DNA of 64,000 nt from Promethearchaeota archaeon (GCA_016840085.1 JAEOTA010000078.1:1-64000); one strand, 5' to 3'. Positions 30,118-41,137 are shown, counted from the first letter of the stretch. Numbers and translations: made by a program. Notes: a model not told the origin generated them from the sequence alone.

Positions 30118-31251
30118 ATGATTATGTTTTCAACACCTAAAAAAATTGGACAATTAAATATTAAGAATAGATTCATAAGATCAGCAACTTATGAAGGAAT
30201 GGCTACAGAAGAAGGGCAAGTTACTGATAAGCATGTAACACTCTATAAAAACTTAGCAGAAGGAGGAGTAGGTTTAATAATAACTGGGTATGCATATGTT
30301 CAAAGATCTGGAATTGCTTTTGATAAACAATTAGGTGCTTACAATGATGATTTGATACATGGTTTAAGTAAAATTGCTGATATTATACATAAATATGGTG
30401 ATGATTGTAAAGTTGTGCTCCAATTAGTTCATTGTGGTCGACAATCACGTCATTTAGAGATTAGATTAGCACCATCTGCAGTATTGGAGAAATTAACAAA
30501 ATTTTTACCTAAAGAAATGTCTAAAAAAGAAATTTCCGAAACTATTGAAGCTTTTGCTCAAGCTATTAGAAGAGCAAAAGAAGCTGGATTCGATGCAGTT
30601 CAGCTTCATGGAGCGCATGGATATTTAATAAGTGAATTTTTTTCTCCTTATACAAACAAACGAATTGATGAATATGGCGGTAGTATTGATAATAGAACGA
30701 GAATTGTAGAAGAAATATATAAAAAAGGTGTAGAATTGGTTGGAGAAGATTTTCCAATATTGATTAAAATGAATGGTGGTGATTTCTTAGAAGGTGGATT
30801 AACAATTGAAGATTCCACTAAAATTGCTAAAAGATTAGCTACAATAGGGTTTAAAGCAATTGAGGTAAGTGGAGGCATGTGGGAAGTTGTTTTGCGCAAG
30901 AAGAAAGATTTGGGCTGGAAACCCACTTTTATTCCTGAAAGTCGTATGCTAATTGGGACCGTTAATGAACCTGCTTATAATTTACCATTTGCAAAAGAAA
31001 TTAAAAAAGCTATTAATATTCCTGTGATAGTTGTGGGGGGAATAAATTCACTCGATATTGTTGAACAGATATTGGAAGAAGGAAGTGCTGATTTTGTTGC
31101 ATTTTCAAGACCTTTAATTCGAGAACCAGATCTACCAGAAAGATGGTTAAAAGGTGTTGGTGATCGAAAAGTAGAATGTTTATTCTGTAATAGTTGTTTG
31201 TCTAGTCTTATTAGTACAGGACTCCGCTGTGTTAAGAAAGAACAAAGCTGA
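30118..31251 (+). CDS. NADH:flavin oxidoreductase (old yellow enzyme family) with C-terminal Cys cluster
   Basis: NRFIRSAT, QLVHCGR, LHGAHGYL, YGGS, CLFCNSC. Confidence 0.93.
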   Translation: MIMFSTPKKIGQLNIKNRFIRSATYEGMATEEGQVTDKHVTLYKNLAEGGVGLIITGYAYVQRSGIAFDKQLGAYNDDLIHGLSKIADIIHKYGDDCKVVLQLVHCGRQSRHLEIRLAPSAVLEKLTKFLPKEMSKKEISETIEAFAQAIRRAKEAGFDAVQLHGAHGYLISEFFSPYTNKRIDEYGGSIDNRTRIVEEIYKKGVELVGEDFPILIKMNGGDFLEGGLTIEDSTKIAKRLATIGFKAIEVSGGMWEVVLRKKKDLGWKPTFIPESRMLIGTVNEPAYNLPFAKEIKKAINIPVIVVGGINSLDIVEQILEEGSADFVAFSRPLIREPDLPERWLKGVGDRKVECLFCNSCLSSLISTGLRCVKKEQS

Positions 31252-31285
31252 TTTGTAATATTTTATTAAAATATAGGTAATTTGT

Positions 31286-32053
31286 ATGGGGAAATGGGAA
31301 GATTTAGAAATAAGGTTGAATAAATATTTAAGATTATCTACTTTTCCAGTAGCAGTTAAGTTAATAGAAGACCTAAAAGATCTGGAAAATGTGAAATTCT
31401 TAAAAAAATCTGAGAATAAACTCGCAGTATGCCAGCTTTTTAGTTATGCGAGATATTATGGGTGGACTATGGCTTGTGATAAAGAAGATAATTTATGTCC
31501 ACTTGCTGAGATATCTCTTGGATTTGAAGAATCTAACCGTCTATTTGAAGAAGGCGCTTATTTCTTAGGAAGATATAATGAAACTAAGGATGCTGCCAAA
31601 AAAACAACAGCATCTATGCCAAAAATTCCATTTGGAAAGTATAATGGTATTCTTTCGGGCGCGTTTGGTCGTGTAGAATTTGATCCTGACATAATTCTAA
31701 TATGGGGAAATTCTGCCCAAATCATGAGAATCATTCAGGGATATTTATGGAAAAGAGGTGGTAGAGTTTCGATGTCTACATTTTGCGACGGAGTGTGTGC
31801 AGACACCATTTCAAATGCTATATTAACAGGTGATCTACAAATTGCTTTTCCTTGTCTTGGTGATCGTAGATTTGGAATGGCATTGGACACGGATTTAATA
31901 GCATCAATACCAATGGGTATAGTGAATGAAATTATAGAGGGGATGGAAAAGACTCATAAAGCTGGAACACGATATCCGATTCCATACCAGATTTCAACGC
32001 CTGAATTCTTTTTAAAACTGAAAAAGCAGTTAGATAAAGCTAAAAAGAATTAA
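31286..32053 (+). CDS. DUF169 family protein
   Basis: FPVAVK, AVCQ, LCP, PDII, GVCAD, PCLGDR. Confidence 0.87.
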   Translation: MGKWEDLEIRLNKYLRLSTFPVAVKLIEDLKDLENVKFLKKSENKLAVCQLFSYARYYGWTMACDKEDNLCPLAEISLGFEESNRLFEEGAYFLGRYNETKDAAKKTTASMPKIPFGKYNGILSGAFGRVEFDPDIILIWGNSAQIMRIIQGYLWKRGGRVSMSTFCDGVCADTISNAILTGDLQIAFPCLGDRRFGMALDTDLIASIPMGIVNEIIEGMEKTHKAGTRYPIPYQISTPEFFLKLKKQLDKAKKN

Positions 32054-32127
32054 TTCTTTATATAGGATACATTTTAATTAGAAATTTGGAAAAAAGAATA
32101 TTTATTACGAAAAAATGGTGCTTTATC

Positions 32128-33417
32128 TTGGTTGATTTAGATAATATAAAAAACATAGCCGTAATTGGAGCAGGTATAATGGGTTCAGGTATCGCTCAGG
32201 TTGCTCTTCTAACCGGATATGAGAAAGTAACTGTTATTGATCCTAATACTGAAACACTTCATAACTCTAGGAAAATAATTAAAGACCGAATAGAAGCTCT
32301 AGAATCTGAAGAAAACTATAAAAGTTTCATTTCCGCATATTATGCAACTAATGAAATTATGAAGAACATAGATATCAAAAGAGAATTAGACAATTTCGAA
32401 TCAGTTGGGATTATCGCTCATAATATCGATACAAAAACTATTATAAACCGATTGAAAACAGAAACAGATCTTTCAAAGGGAGTTGCAGATGCTAATTTTG
32501 TGATCGAAGCGGTTCCTGAAAATTTAGAGTTAAAACAAAAAATATTCAAGGCTTTAGGAGAATTATCACCACCTTACACAATATTAGCATCAAATACATC
32601 ATCAATAAGTATAACAAAAATTGCTCAATTTTCAGGACGATCTGAAAAAGTAATAGGGATGCATTTTCATACCTTTTTTCCAATTTTAGGAATGTTAATT
32701 GAAATCACTCCTGGGAAAAATTCCTCAAATGAATCCCTTGAAATAGGTCGAGCAATTGCACAAAAATTCCCTTGTTTAACTGGTAAAAGATTTACTGTTC
32801 AGCTTGAAAAAGAAACAGCGGGATTAATTGCAAATAGAATTTCTATACCAGCGCAAATCTACTTTGATTGGCTAATAGATTATGCAACTGATAGTGGTTT
32901 TTCTATTGACCAATTAGGTGCTTTAAATATGATATTTGGGTTAGCCGATGCTATTGGTTTAGATACAATTTATAATATCTTGAGATACTTTGAAAAATAT
33001 GTTTCACCTGATTTTGCTCCCGGCAAGAATTTAACGAGATTAGTCGAAGCGGGAATGGTTGGTAAAAAAATTGGGAAGGGTTATATTGAGTGGAATGAGA
33101 ATGGCTCAATGAAAAAATCTCCTTCATTAGACGAGAAGGCAACTGAATTTTTAATGCCGCATCTTGATGCAGAAATATTTTCAGCGATTAGTCTAAATGA
33201 AGCGTGCAGGTTATTAGAGGAAGGTGTTGTAAAAAGTTATAGATTAATTGATAAAGTCATTTTTAAAGGAACTTCTATGCCAGGACCTTTTAGAGAAGGA
33301 AAGGCAAAATATAAAGAATGGGCTAAAAAACTTTATGATGTGGCTGAAAAAACAGGGAAATCTTATTTTAAGCCTTGTAATATGATGGAATCAGGAAAGT
33401 TTCTATCCCTTAGATAA
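32128..33417 (+). CDS. 3-hydroxyacyl-CoA dehydrogenase
   Basis: GAGIMGSG, EAVPE, SNTSS, GMHF, GLIANR, duplicated C-terminal domain. Confidence 0.9.
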   Translation: MVDLDNIKNIAVIGAGIMGSGIAQVALLTGYEKVTVIDPNTETLHNSRKIIKDRIEALESEENYKSFISAYYATNEIMKNIDIKRELDNFESVGIIAHNIDTKTIINRLKTETDLSKGVADANFVIEAVPENLELKQKIFKALGELSPPYTILASNTSSISITKIAQFSGRSEKVIGMHFHTFFPILGMLIEITPGKNSSNESLEIGRAIAQKFPCLTGKRFTVQLEKETAGLIANRISIPAQIYFDWLIDYATDSGFSIDQLGALNMIFGLADAIGLDTIYNILRYFEKYVSPDFAPGKNLTRLVEAGMVGKKIGKGYIEWNENGSMKKSPSLDEKATEFLMPHLDAEIFSAISLNEACRLLEEGVVKSYRLIDKVIFKGTSMPGPFREGKAKYKEWAKKLYDVAEKTGKSYFKPCNMMESGKFLSLR

Positions 33418-33471
33418 TTCTTTTCTAAATCAAAGTAGAATTTAAAAAAATAATTTAAATTAAAACAGGAG

Positions 33472-35199
33472 TTAATAGTTTTTCATATCTTTAGCCTTAA
33501 TCAAAAACTTATCCAAATTCTGTTTAATTTCCCTTTTATTAAACTTACCTACACTAGTTCTAGGGATCTCATCAACAATGGCTACCAGTTTAGGAAGCAT
33601 CCATTTAGTTATCTTACCTTTATCAACACCTTCAGTTTTGAGAAATTCAATCAGATCATCTTCATTCTTGTCAGAATTAGGTATAAGTTTTACTATAGCA
33701 AGAGTTTTTTCTCCCCATACTTCATCTGGAACGCCTACAACTGTTGCTTCAAGCACAAAATTTGCCATAGCAGCCAAATTCTCAAGTAATACTGTAGGAA
33801 TACTTTCTGCTCCGCTTCTGATGATATCAGACATCCTATCCGCTATAATTATGAAGTCTTCTTCATCAACTTTAGCAACATCCCCTGTATGAAACCAACC
33901 ATCGTACCATACATCAGCGGTCTTTTCAGGATTCTTATAATATTTTTCCATTACCCAAGGACCACGAATAACTATCTCTCCAAGTGTTTTATTATCATGG
34001 GGAATTGGTTTTCCATTCTCATTAACAATTTCAACTTCAAGTCCTGGAATAGGTAATCCTGTCTTTACTCTGACTTCATCTAGTTTCTCTTTCGACCAGT
34101 TCCTCATGTATTTCTTTACAAATGCCGAAATAGTAGTCGGTGCCGTCTCTGTCATCCCATATCCAGAACTTGCAGTAAATCCAGGAATTTTTTTCTCGAT
34201 CTTTGTTTTTAATCCTAATGGTAGAGCTCCGCCACCCACGCTTACCTGTATAAGACTGCTTAAATCATACTTATCAAGATCTTTATACTCAAGAAGCAAG
34301 GCTAGAATCGTTGGAACCACAGCAGTAGATGTCACTTTCTCAGTTTGAACTAATTCACAAAAACCATCAACAGTGAAGGTACCTGGAAGTACAATCTTTA
34401 CACCTAAAAAGGTGTAGATAAAAGGAGCACCCCAACCATGGATATGAAATAGAGGTGTGATTATCATAGGAACACCATTCTCACCAAGATAAACACGTGT
34501 AGGATCGTTGATAAAAGCACTATAGGCTATCATGTGTAAAGTAAATAAGTATAGAGCTTTATGAGTGAACATAGCACCTTTCGGAAGTCCAGTGGTTCCA
34601 GTAGTATAACAGAGAGTAGCATAGTTATCCTCACTTAAATAGGGCCATTCAAATTTATCAGATTCTTGTGAAAGCAACGCTTCATACTCATAAAGTTTCT
34701 CTATCTTTGTATCAGGCAGTCCTGGCTTATCGGACATATAGACAAATTTCTTAACTGTATCTTTTATTTTGTCATAAACTGATTCTAATAATGGTAGAAG
34801 TAAATCATCAAAAAATATCACTTTATCCTCCGCATGATTAATTGTATAAATTATGTGATCTTGAGAAAGTCTTATATTAATTGGATGGAGCATTGCTCCA
34901 CTGCAGGGAGCAGCATAATAAAGTTCTAGGTGTCTATGTGTATTAAGTGCCATGGTGGCAACCCTGTCACCAGGTTCACCAGGCTTCCCAGGTATTACAT
35001 CTAAAGTCTTTAATACATTTGCCAGACGACATGCACGCTTATACCACTCAAGCCACGTAAAGCGATAGAATTCACCAGTGATATGGTTTCTATAGACTAC
35101 ACCTATTTCATTTGGATAGGTTTTCACTGGTCTTTTCATAAAAGTCGTGAGGAGTAGTGGATAGTGAGTGCTAAATTCAGGATAGGTTTTGTTGACCAT
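33472..35199 (-). CDS. Fatty acid--CoA ligase (AlkK/DmdB-like)
   Basis: YTTGTTGLPKG, GYGMTE, HTGD, PRTSVGK with catalytic Lys. Confidence 0.93.
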   Translation of the reverse strand: MVNKTYPEFSTHYPLLLTTFMKRPVKTYPNEIGVVYRNHITGEFYRFTWLEWYKRACRLANVLKTLDVIPGKPGEPGDRVATMALNTHRHLELYYAAPCSGAMLHPINIRLSQDHIIYTINHAEDKVIFFDDLLLPLLESVYDKIKDTVKKFVYMSDKPGLPDTKIEKLYEYEALLSQESDKFEWPYLSEDNYATLCYTTGTTGLPKGAMFTHKALYLFTLHMIAYSAFINDPTRVYLGENGVPMIITPLFHIHGWGAPFIYTFLGVKIVLPGTFTVDGFCELVQTEKVTSTAVVPTILALLLEYKDLDKYDLSSLIQVSVGGGALPLGLKTKIEKKIPGFTASSGYGMTETAPTTISAFVKKYMRNWSKEKLDEVRVKTGLPIPGLEVEIVNENGKPIPHDNKTLGEIVIRGPWVMEKYYKNPEKTADVWYDGWFHTGDVAKVDEEDFIIIADRMSDIIRSGAESIPTVLLENLAAMANFVLEATVVGVPDEVWGEKTLAIVKLIPNSDKNEDDLIEFLKTEGVDKGKITKWMLPKLVAIVDEIPRTSVGKFNKREIKQNLDKFLIKAKDMKNY

Positions 35200-35507
35200 G
35201 TTTCATCTCCAAATAATAGATTTATTTTTTATAGTTTTTATTTTTAATTTAATTGTTTAAGTATTTAAAATTTTAAAATAAGAGTTTTTCATGCTTAATT
35301 CTTTCAGTTGAGAATCTGAGAGTATGTAAATTTAAAAAAAAATAAAAAATTAAGTAATTGTTTACTAAAATGTGCGAAAGTTTATTTTTACACTTATTAA
35401 ATTGTTAATGTTAGATGGTATTAATTTTAATTTGACTAACAATTATAAATTCTAAGTATCATAATAAACCTTTTTAAAACTATTTTAATCTAATAAGGAG
35501 ATCTCAA

Positions 35508-36368
35508 ATGAACAATAGCAAATTGATGACTATAGATGAGGCGATTTCAACATATGTCCAAGATGGTGATTTAGTAGGAATAGGAGGACTTTCTTTCTGG
35601 AGAAAACCAATAAGTGCTTGTAGAGAAATAATCAGACAAGGTAAGAAAAATTTATCATTGTGTACGTTTGTTGGGGGAATTGAGGTTGATTTACTTATAG
35701 CAGGGGGATGTATCTCAGAAGTAAGAAGCTGTTTTGTAGGAATGGAAATTTTTGGTATGGCACCACATTATAGAAAAGCTGTAGAAGCAGGTGCTATTCA
35801 TGTATCAGAAGAAAGTGAGGCTACTATTGCTTTAGGATTGAGAGCATCTTACTTGAAAGTACCGTTCATGCCTTTAAAAGGTATTATCGGGACTGATATG
35901 GCCAAAGTGAGGAATGATATTAAACAAATTGAGGATCCACTTGGTTCAGAAACTCAGGTTATGGCGGTCCCTAAGATCGATTTAGATGTAGCAATAATTC
36001 ATGTGCCTTATGCTGATGAATTTGGGAATGGAAATATTGCTGGAGCTGTTTGGATGGATGCAGATATGGGAAAAACAGCAAAAAAAACAATTATAACGTG
36101 TGAAAAGTTAGTTGAAACAGAAGATATTCGATATTTACAAGGCAAAGCCCAATTACCTATGCAAACGACTAGTGCTGTTGTGAAGATTCCTTTTGGGGCT
36201 CATCCTACCTCATGCTATCGCAAATATACATTTGATGCTCTACACATTCAAGAATATCTAAAAATGGATTTCAGTGAATATAAAAAGAAATTTATTGATG
36301 TTAATTCTCATGCTAAATACTTGGATAATGCTGGAGGAGCTCAAATGATATTAAATATCTTGTTGTAA
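35508..36368 (+). CDS. Class I CoA-transferase-fold alpha subunit (GctA/IpdA-like)
   Basis: DGDLVGIGG..RKP, PFMP, DVAIIH..AD..GN, PFGAHPTSC. Confidence 0.88.
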   Translation: MNNSKLMTIDEAISTYVQDGDLVGIGGLSFWRKPISACREIIRQGKKNLSLCTFVGGIEVDLLIAGGCISEVRSCFVGMEIFGMAPHYRKAVEAGAIHVSEESEATIALGLRASYLKVPFMPLKGIIGTDMAKVRNDIKQIEDPLGSETQVMAVPKIDLDVAIIHVPYADEFGNGNIAGAVWMDADMGKTAKKTIITCEKLVETEDIRYLQGKAQLPMQTTSAVVKIPFGAHPTSCYRKYTFDALHIQEYLKMDFSEYKKKFIDVNSHAKYLDNAGGAQMILNILL

Positions 36369-36564
36369 TAATAGTTTAAACCTAAGCAATTATATGTAGC
36401 TCTCACGTTAAATAATGCTTCACACCGCTACTTTTCAAATTTAAGTTATGGTTCGAAAAATTAAAATGTGTACATTGATGAACTAATCGTAAAACAGATA
36501 AATTATTATTGATCACTTTAGATATTAAATAAAAATTATATAAAAATTAGAAGTAATTTTCAAA

Positions 36565-37056
36565 ATGATTTATTTAGAAGCCAAATTACCAGACATTCCA
36601 GGAAGTTTAATAGAAATGATTAAACCAATCTCCCAAAATGGGGGAAATATTTATGGAATATTACACCATCACGATAAAAAAAAGAATAATATGATTCCTG
36701 TAACTATTTGGTTTGAATTAAATGAGGAGCTTATTGATTTATCTATAAAAAATATTCAAAAGGATTTAATTGAAAAAAATATAGAAATCATTAAAATTTC
36801 TATAGGTTCTAAAAGTCAGATGATGACCGTAATAATATCTGGCCATGTTTTCGATACAGATATAACAGATACAATTAAACGTTTAGATTCAAAAAATATA
36901 AAAGTTCTTGAATTACAAGCGAAATTTACTGGATTTGAAGAAATAAGTAATGTAAAAATGAAGGTAGAATTTCCTGAATCAATGACAAAATTCGAATTAA
37001 TTCATGAAATTGAAAAAATATGTAAAGAGAAAAATCTTTTCTTGATACGATCATAA
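36565..37056 (+). CDS. Tandem ACT-domain protein (putative regulatory partner of homoserine dehydrogenase)
   Basis: LPDIPGSL...GGNI, ISGHVFDTDI; directly upstream of hom. Confidence 0.8.
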   Translation: MIYLEAKLPDIPGSLIEMIKPISQNGGNIYGILHHHDKKKNNMIPVTIWFELNEELIDLSIKNIQKDLIEKNIEIIKISIGSKSQMMTVIISGHVFDTDITDTIKRLDSKNIKVLELQAKFTGFEEISNVKMKVEFPESMTKFELIHEIEKICKEKNLFLIRS

Positions 37057-37078
37057 TAAGTTAAACCCGGGTGATGAT

Positions 37079-38098
37079 ATGGAACTAAAAATATGTTTAA
37101 TCGGCAAAGGCAATGTAGGAACCTGTTTTCTACAATTATTAAAAGAAAAAAGACATATGATTAAAGAAATTTATAATTGTGAATGTATATTAGTAGCAAT
37201 TTTCGAGCATGATGGTGCTATAATTAATAAAGATGGAATAGATTTAAACGAGCTTTTAGCCAAAAGCGCTAATTTTAGAAAAAATCTATTTTGGAAAAAA
37301 GATGTGAAAGCTAAAGGTCTAATTTCTGAATTAGGTATAAATCTCTGTATTGAAACAACTCCTACTAATCCAAATACTGGAGAACCTGCATTAACACATA
37401 TAATTGAAGCTTTAAGTAATAATATCGATGTAATCTCGTCAAATAAAGCCCCCTTTTTTTTATATTATAAAAGAATTAAAGATTTAGCTGAGAAAATGAA
37501 CTGCTTTATAAGATATGAAGCAACAGTAGCTAGTTGTGTTCCTGCTTTATCAATAAAAAGAAATCTTATAGGGAATAAGATTATTCGAATTAAAGCAATA
37601 CTGAATGGTACGAATAATTATATTTTAAGTCGAATGGCAACCGAAGGAATTTCTTTTGCAGTAGCGTTAAAAGAGGCACAAGAGTTAGGGTATGCAGAAG
37701 CAGATCCAAGTTTAGATGTTGGAGGTTTTGACACCGCAGGTAAATTAGTAATTCTAGCAAACGAATTGCTTGGTTGGTCAAAATCCATTGAAGATGTAAA
37801 AATTGAAGGGATCACTAAAATCACGCCGCAGGCTTTAGAGTTAGCTAAAATAGATGGTTATATTATAAAACATTTAGCTATTGCTGAAGAAAATAACTTA
37901 ATCGTAGAACCAAGGTTGGTAAAAAGAGATTCACCTCTAAATATTAGTGGGGCATTAAATCTTATTAAACTTCAAACAAAACACGCAGGATCTATAATAT
38001 TTATGGGAAAAGGAGCAGGAGGTTTGGAAGCAGCCTCTGCCATACTTAACGATCTCATCAATATCGTTATAGAAAGAAATAAGATAAGGCATAATTGA
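37079..38098 (+). CDS. hom: Homoserine dehydrogenase
   Basis: GKGNVG, SNKAP, YEATV, NGTNNYIL, GYAEADP, GKGAGG. Confidence 0.93.
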   Translation: MELKICLIGKGNVGTCFLQLLKEKRHMIKEIYNCECILVAIFEHDGAIINKDGIDLNELLAKSANFRKNLFWKKDVKAKGLISELGINLCIETTPTNPNTGEPALTHIIEALSNNIDVISSNKAPFFLYYKRIKDLAEKMNCFIRYEATVASCVPALSIKRNLIGNKIIRIKAILNGTNNYILSRMATEGISFAVALKEAQELGYAEADPSLDVGGFDTAGKLVILANELLGWSKSIEDVKIEGITKITPQALELAKIDGYIIKHLAIAEENNLIVEPRLVKRDSPLNISGALNLIKLQTKHAGSIIFMGKGAGGLEAASAILNDLINIVIERNKIRHN

Positions 38099-38125
38099 AA
38101 TAAATACACAAAAGAGACGTTTAAA

Positions 38126-39484
38126 ATGAAATTTCACTCTACAAATTATAATTCTAAAGAAGTAGATTTTGAGACTGCTATTTTACGAGGTCAAGCCTTA
38201 GATAATGGATTATACATGTTAAACAAAATTCCAAAATTGACTGAAGAGACTCTTGATTCTTTTAAAAGTATGGATTTCATCGAAATTGCGTTAATTATAA
38301 TTTCAAAATTCATTGGAGATATTATATCGGAAGAGAAACTTAAAAAAATCGTTAATAATGCCTTAAATTTTGAAATTCCAGTTGAAAAGATTGTAAATGA
38401 TGATTATATATGCTATTTAGATCGTGGTCCTACATGTAGTTTCAAAGATTTTGGAGCAAGGACGTTAGCTAGAATAATGGACTATTTTCTCGAAATTGAA
38501 AATAAGGAGTTAATAATATTAACGGCAACTTCAGGAGATACTGGTGGTGCTGTTGCTCAAGCTTTTTATGAAATGCCCAGAATTAAAGTTGCGGTCTTAT
38601 ACCCTAAAGATGAAATTAGTGATTTACAAAGAAAACAGATGACATCTCTAGATAAAAATGTTATAGCATTTGGAATAAATGGGAAATTTGATGATTGTCA
38701 AAGTTTAGTAAAAACTGCTTTTGCTGATGAAGAGTTAAAAAATCTTCGTTTATCTTCTGCGAATTCTATAAATTTTGGGCGATTATTACCTCAAACGCTA
38801 TATTATTTTTGGAGTTATTCCCGTATTGTTGAGAAAAAAGGAGAAGAAGTCCTATTCTCTGTTCCTTCAGGAAATTTTGGAAATCTTACTGGAGGTCTGA
38901 TTGCTAAGAAAATGGGACTTCCTGTCAAGAGATTTATTTCCGCAGTTAATGAGAATGATGAATTTCCAACCTTTTTGAGAACTGGTATTTATAAAAAAGT
39001 GGAGCCCTCAAAAAAGTGCATATCTAACGCTATGAATGTGGGTCATCCTTCAAATTTAGCTAGGATATTTGATCTTTACGGAGGTCAAATAGATGAGAGC
39101 GGAGATGTTTATAAAATTCCAAATATGGAAGAACTTCGTAAAGATATCGTTTCATTTTCCATAAATGATGAAGCCACTAAGGATACAATTGTTAAATTTT
39201 ATGAAAAACATAAAAAAATTATTGAACCCCACGGTGCTGTAGGATGGGCTGCTCTTAAGATTTATCGTAAAAATTTTCCGGAGAATAATAATCTTAAATC
39301 AATAACATTTGAAACTGCGCATCCATCAAAATTTCCAGATGAGATTATTTCATTAATTAAAATTTCTCCAGAGATGCCAAACATATTGAAAATGATATGG
39401 GATAACAAAGAATTTCCTAATCCGAAAGAAATTGGCAATTACCAAGACTTTAAGAATTTTTTATTAGAAGAATTTAGTAATTAA
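38126..39484 (+). CDS. thrC: Threonine synthase (long E. coli/fungal type)
   Basis: GPTCSFKDFG (PLP Lys), ATSGDTG, ANSINFGR, VPSGNFGN, ETAHPSKF. Confidence 0.95.
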   Translation: MKFHSTNYNSKEVDFETAILRGQALDNGLYMLNKIPKLTEETLDSFKSMDFIEIALIIISKFIGDIISEEKLKKIVNNALNFEIPVEKIVNDDYICYLDRGPTCSFKDFGARTLARIMDYFLEIENKELIILTATSGDTGGAVAQAFYEMPRIKVAVLYPKDEISDLQRKQMTSLDKNVIAFGINGKFDDCQSLVKTAFADEELKNLRLSSANSINFGRLLPQTLYYFWSYSRIVEKKGEEVLFSVPSGNFGNLTGGLIAKKMGLPVKRFISAVNENDEFPTFLRTGIYKKVEPSKKCISNAMNVGHPSNLARIFDLYGGQIDESGDVYKIPNMEELRKDIVSFSINDEATKDTIVKFYEKHKKIIEPHGAVGWAALKIYRKNFPENNNLKSITFETAHPSKFPDEIISLIKISPEMPNILKMIWDNKEFPNPKEIGNYQDFKNFLLEEFSN

Positions 39485-39499
39485 AACACGCATTATAAT

Positions 39500-40111
39500 C
39501 TAATCATATAAACCTAAATAGTTGGAAATCAAATCTCTTAGTTCAGAATACTCATTAACTACAGGAAATTGGGGAAATTCATCAATAACATTTTTGGGAG
39601 GTCTAAAAAGGATGCCATATTTTGCCTCTAATAACATTGGTACATCGTTGTATGAATCCCCTGCTGCGATAATTTCGTAATTTAATCCTTTTAGGGCTAA
39701 AATTGTTTGCTTTTTCATCTCTCTAATACGAATTTGATAATCAATAATTATTCCTTCATCATCAATTTCGAGATTATGACAAAAACAAATAGGAAAGCCT
39801 AATTTTTTCATAAAGGGCATTACAAATTCGATATAACTATCAGTAACAATAACTGTTTGAGCAATACTTCGAATATAATCTAGAAATTCTTTTGCTCCTG
39901 GTAGTAGTTCCATATTCAAAATAATTTCTTGAATATTTTTTAGTGAAATTTTATTTTTTTGCAATATTTCTATTCGATTTTTCATAAGAGCATCATAATC
40001 AGATATATCTCTAGTAGTTAATTTAAGTTCCCCAATTCCAGTCGATTCACTTACTGCAATCCATACTTCAGGCGTTAAAACTCCTTCTAAATCAAAACAA
40101 ACGATGTACAT
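39500..40111 (-). CDS. thrH: Phosphoserine phosphatase/homoserine phosphotransferase (HAD)
   Basis: CFDLEGVLTPEVW, TTRDISDYD, GDSYND, LFRPP; likely ATG at 40111. Confidence 0.9.
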   Translation of the reverse strand: MYIVCFDLEGVLTPEVWIAVSESTGIGELKLTTRDISDYDALMKNRIEILQKNKISLKNIQEIILNMELLPGAKEFLDYIRSIAQTVIVTDSYIEFVMPFMKKLGFPICFCHNLEIDDEGIIIDYQIRIREMKKQTILALKGLNYEIIAAGDSYNDVPMLLEAKYGILFRPPKNVIDEFPQFPVVNEYSELRDLISNYLGLYD

Positions 40112-40309
40112 AATAATTTTTTTGCAGAGATTTTTATTTAGATATTTAATAAATCCCAATTAATGAGGATCATTAAAAGATTGAATTTTTATAAGATCTT
40201 ATAACTTTTATATCTAATGAAGAAAATTTTCTCTGAATATTTTGGGGAAACAGCAAGGGAAAAATTATTTAAAATATTTTATTATAATAAGAGTAAATGG
40301 TGTGTTTTA

Positions 40310-41092
40310 ATGAGCAATTCTAATCAGTATAATGAAACCATAGAATTAATCAATAATAGAAAAACAATTCGAGCTTATAATCCAAAATCACTTACACAAG
40401 AAGAAATTAATACAATTATACACGGAGCAATGAGAGCTCCTACTGCTGGTAACATGATGTTTTATTCAATTATTCAAGTAAATGATCAAACTAAGAAAGA
40501 CAAATTAGCAATATTATGTGATAATCAGCCCCATATATCTAAAGCACCCTTAGTGTTGATTTTTCTAGCGGATATGCAACGATGGTGGGATTATTTTAAA
40601 ATTTGTAAAACTCAAGAAATTTGTAATGAGGTTGATGAAAAATTTGAGACCCCTCAGGAATCTGATTTGTTACTTGCTTGTTGTGACGCATTAATTGCTG
40701 CACAAAATGCTGTTATAACAGCTGAGGCTTTAGGTATCGGATCGTGTTATATTGCTGATATTATGGAGAATATTGAAATCCTTCGTAAAATGTTGAATCT
40801 CACTCGATGGGTATTTCCTATAGCAATGCTCTGTTTTGGATATCCAATAGGAAACAAAGAAAACATACCGTTGACTCCACGATTTTCTCAAAAATTTATC
40901 CATTTTGTCAATAAATACCACCAATTATCTAAGGAGGACTTTACCGAAATGTTTCAAAATGTAAAGAGAAGTTTCAATGTAAAACAAGCTAAGAATCTAG
41001 GACAAAATTTCTATTTTGGGAAGTTAGCAGCAGATTTTTCTAAAGAAATGCGTCGATCAGTTAAAGTAGCAATTAAAGATTGGATTTCATAA
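40310..41092 (+). CDS. Nitroreductase (NfsA/FRP-like flavin reductase)
   Basis: RKTIRAY, APTAGN, DALIAAQN, GIGSCYI, LCFGYP. Confidence 0.9.
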   Translation: MSNSNQYNETIELINNRKTIRAYNPKSLTQEEINTIIHGAMRAPTAGNMMFYSIIQVNDQTKKDKLAILCDNQPHISKAPLVLIFLADMQRWWDYFKICKTQEICNEVDEKFETPQESDLLLACCDALIAAQNAVITAEALGIGSCYIADIMENIEILRKMLNLTRWVFPIAMLCFGYPIGNKENIPLTPRFSQKFIHFVNKYHQLSKEDFTEMFQNVKRSFNVKQAKNLGQNFYFGKLAADFSKEMRRSVKVAIKDWIS

Positions 41093-41137
41093 AATAATAA
41101 AGCTTTATATTTAATTTGATCCTTATTAATTATTTTT

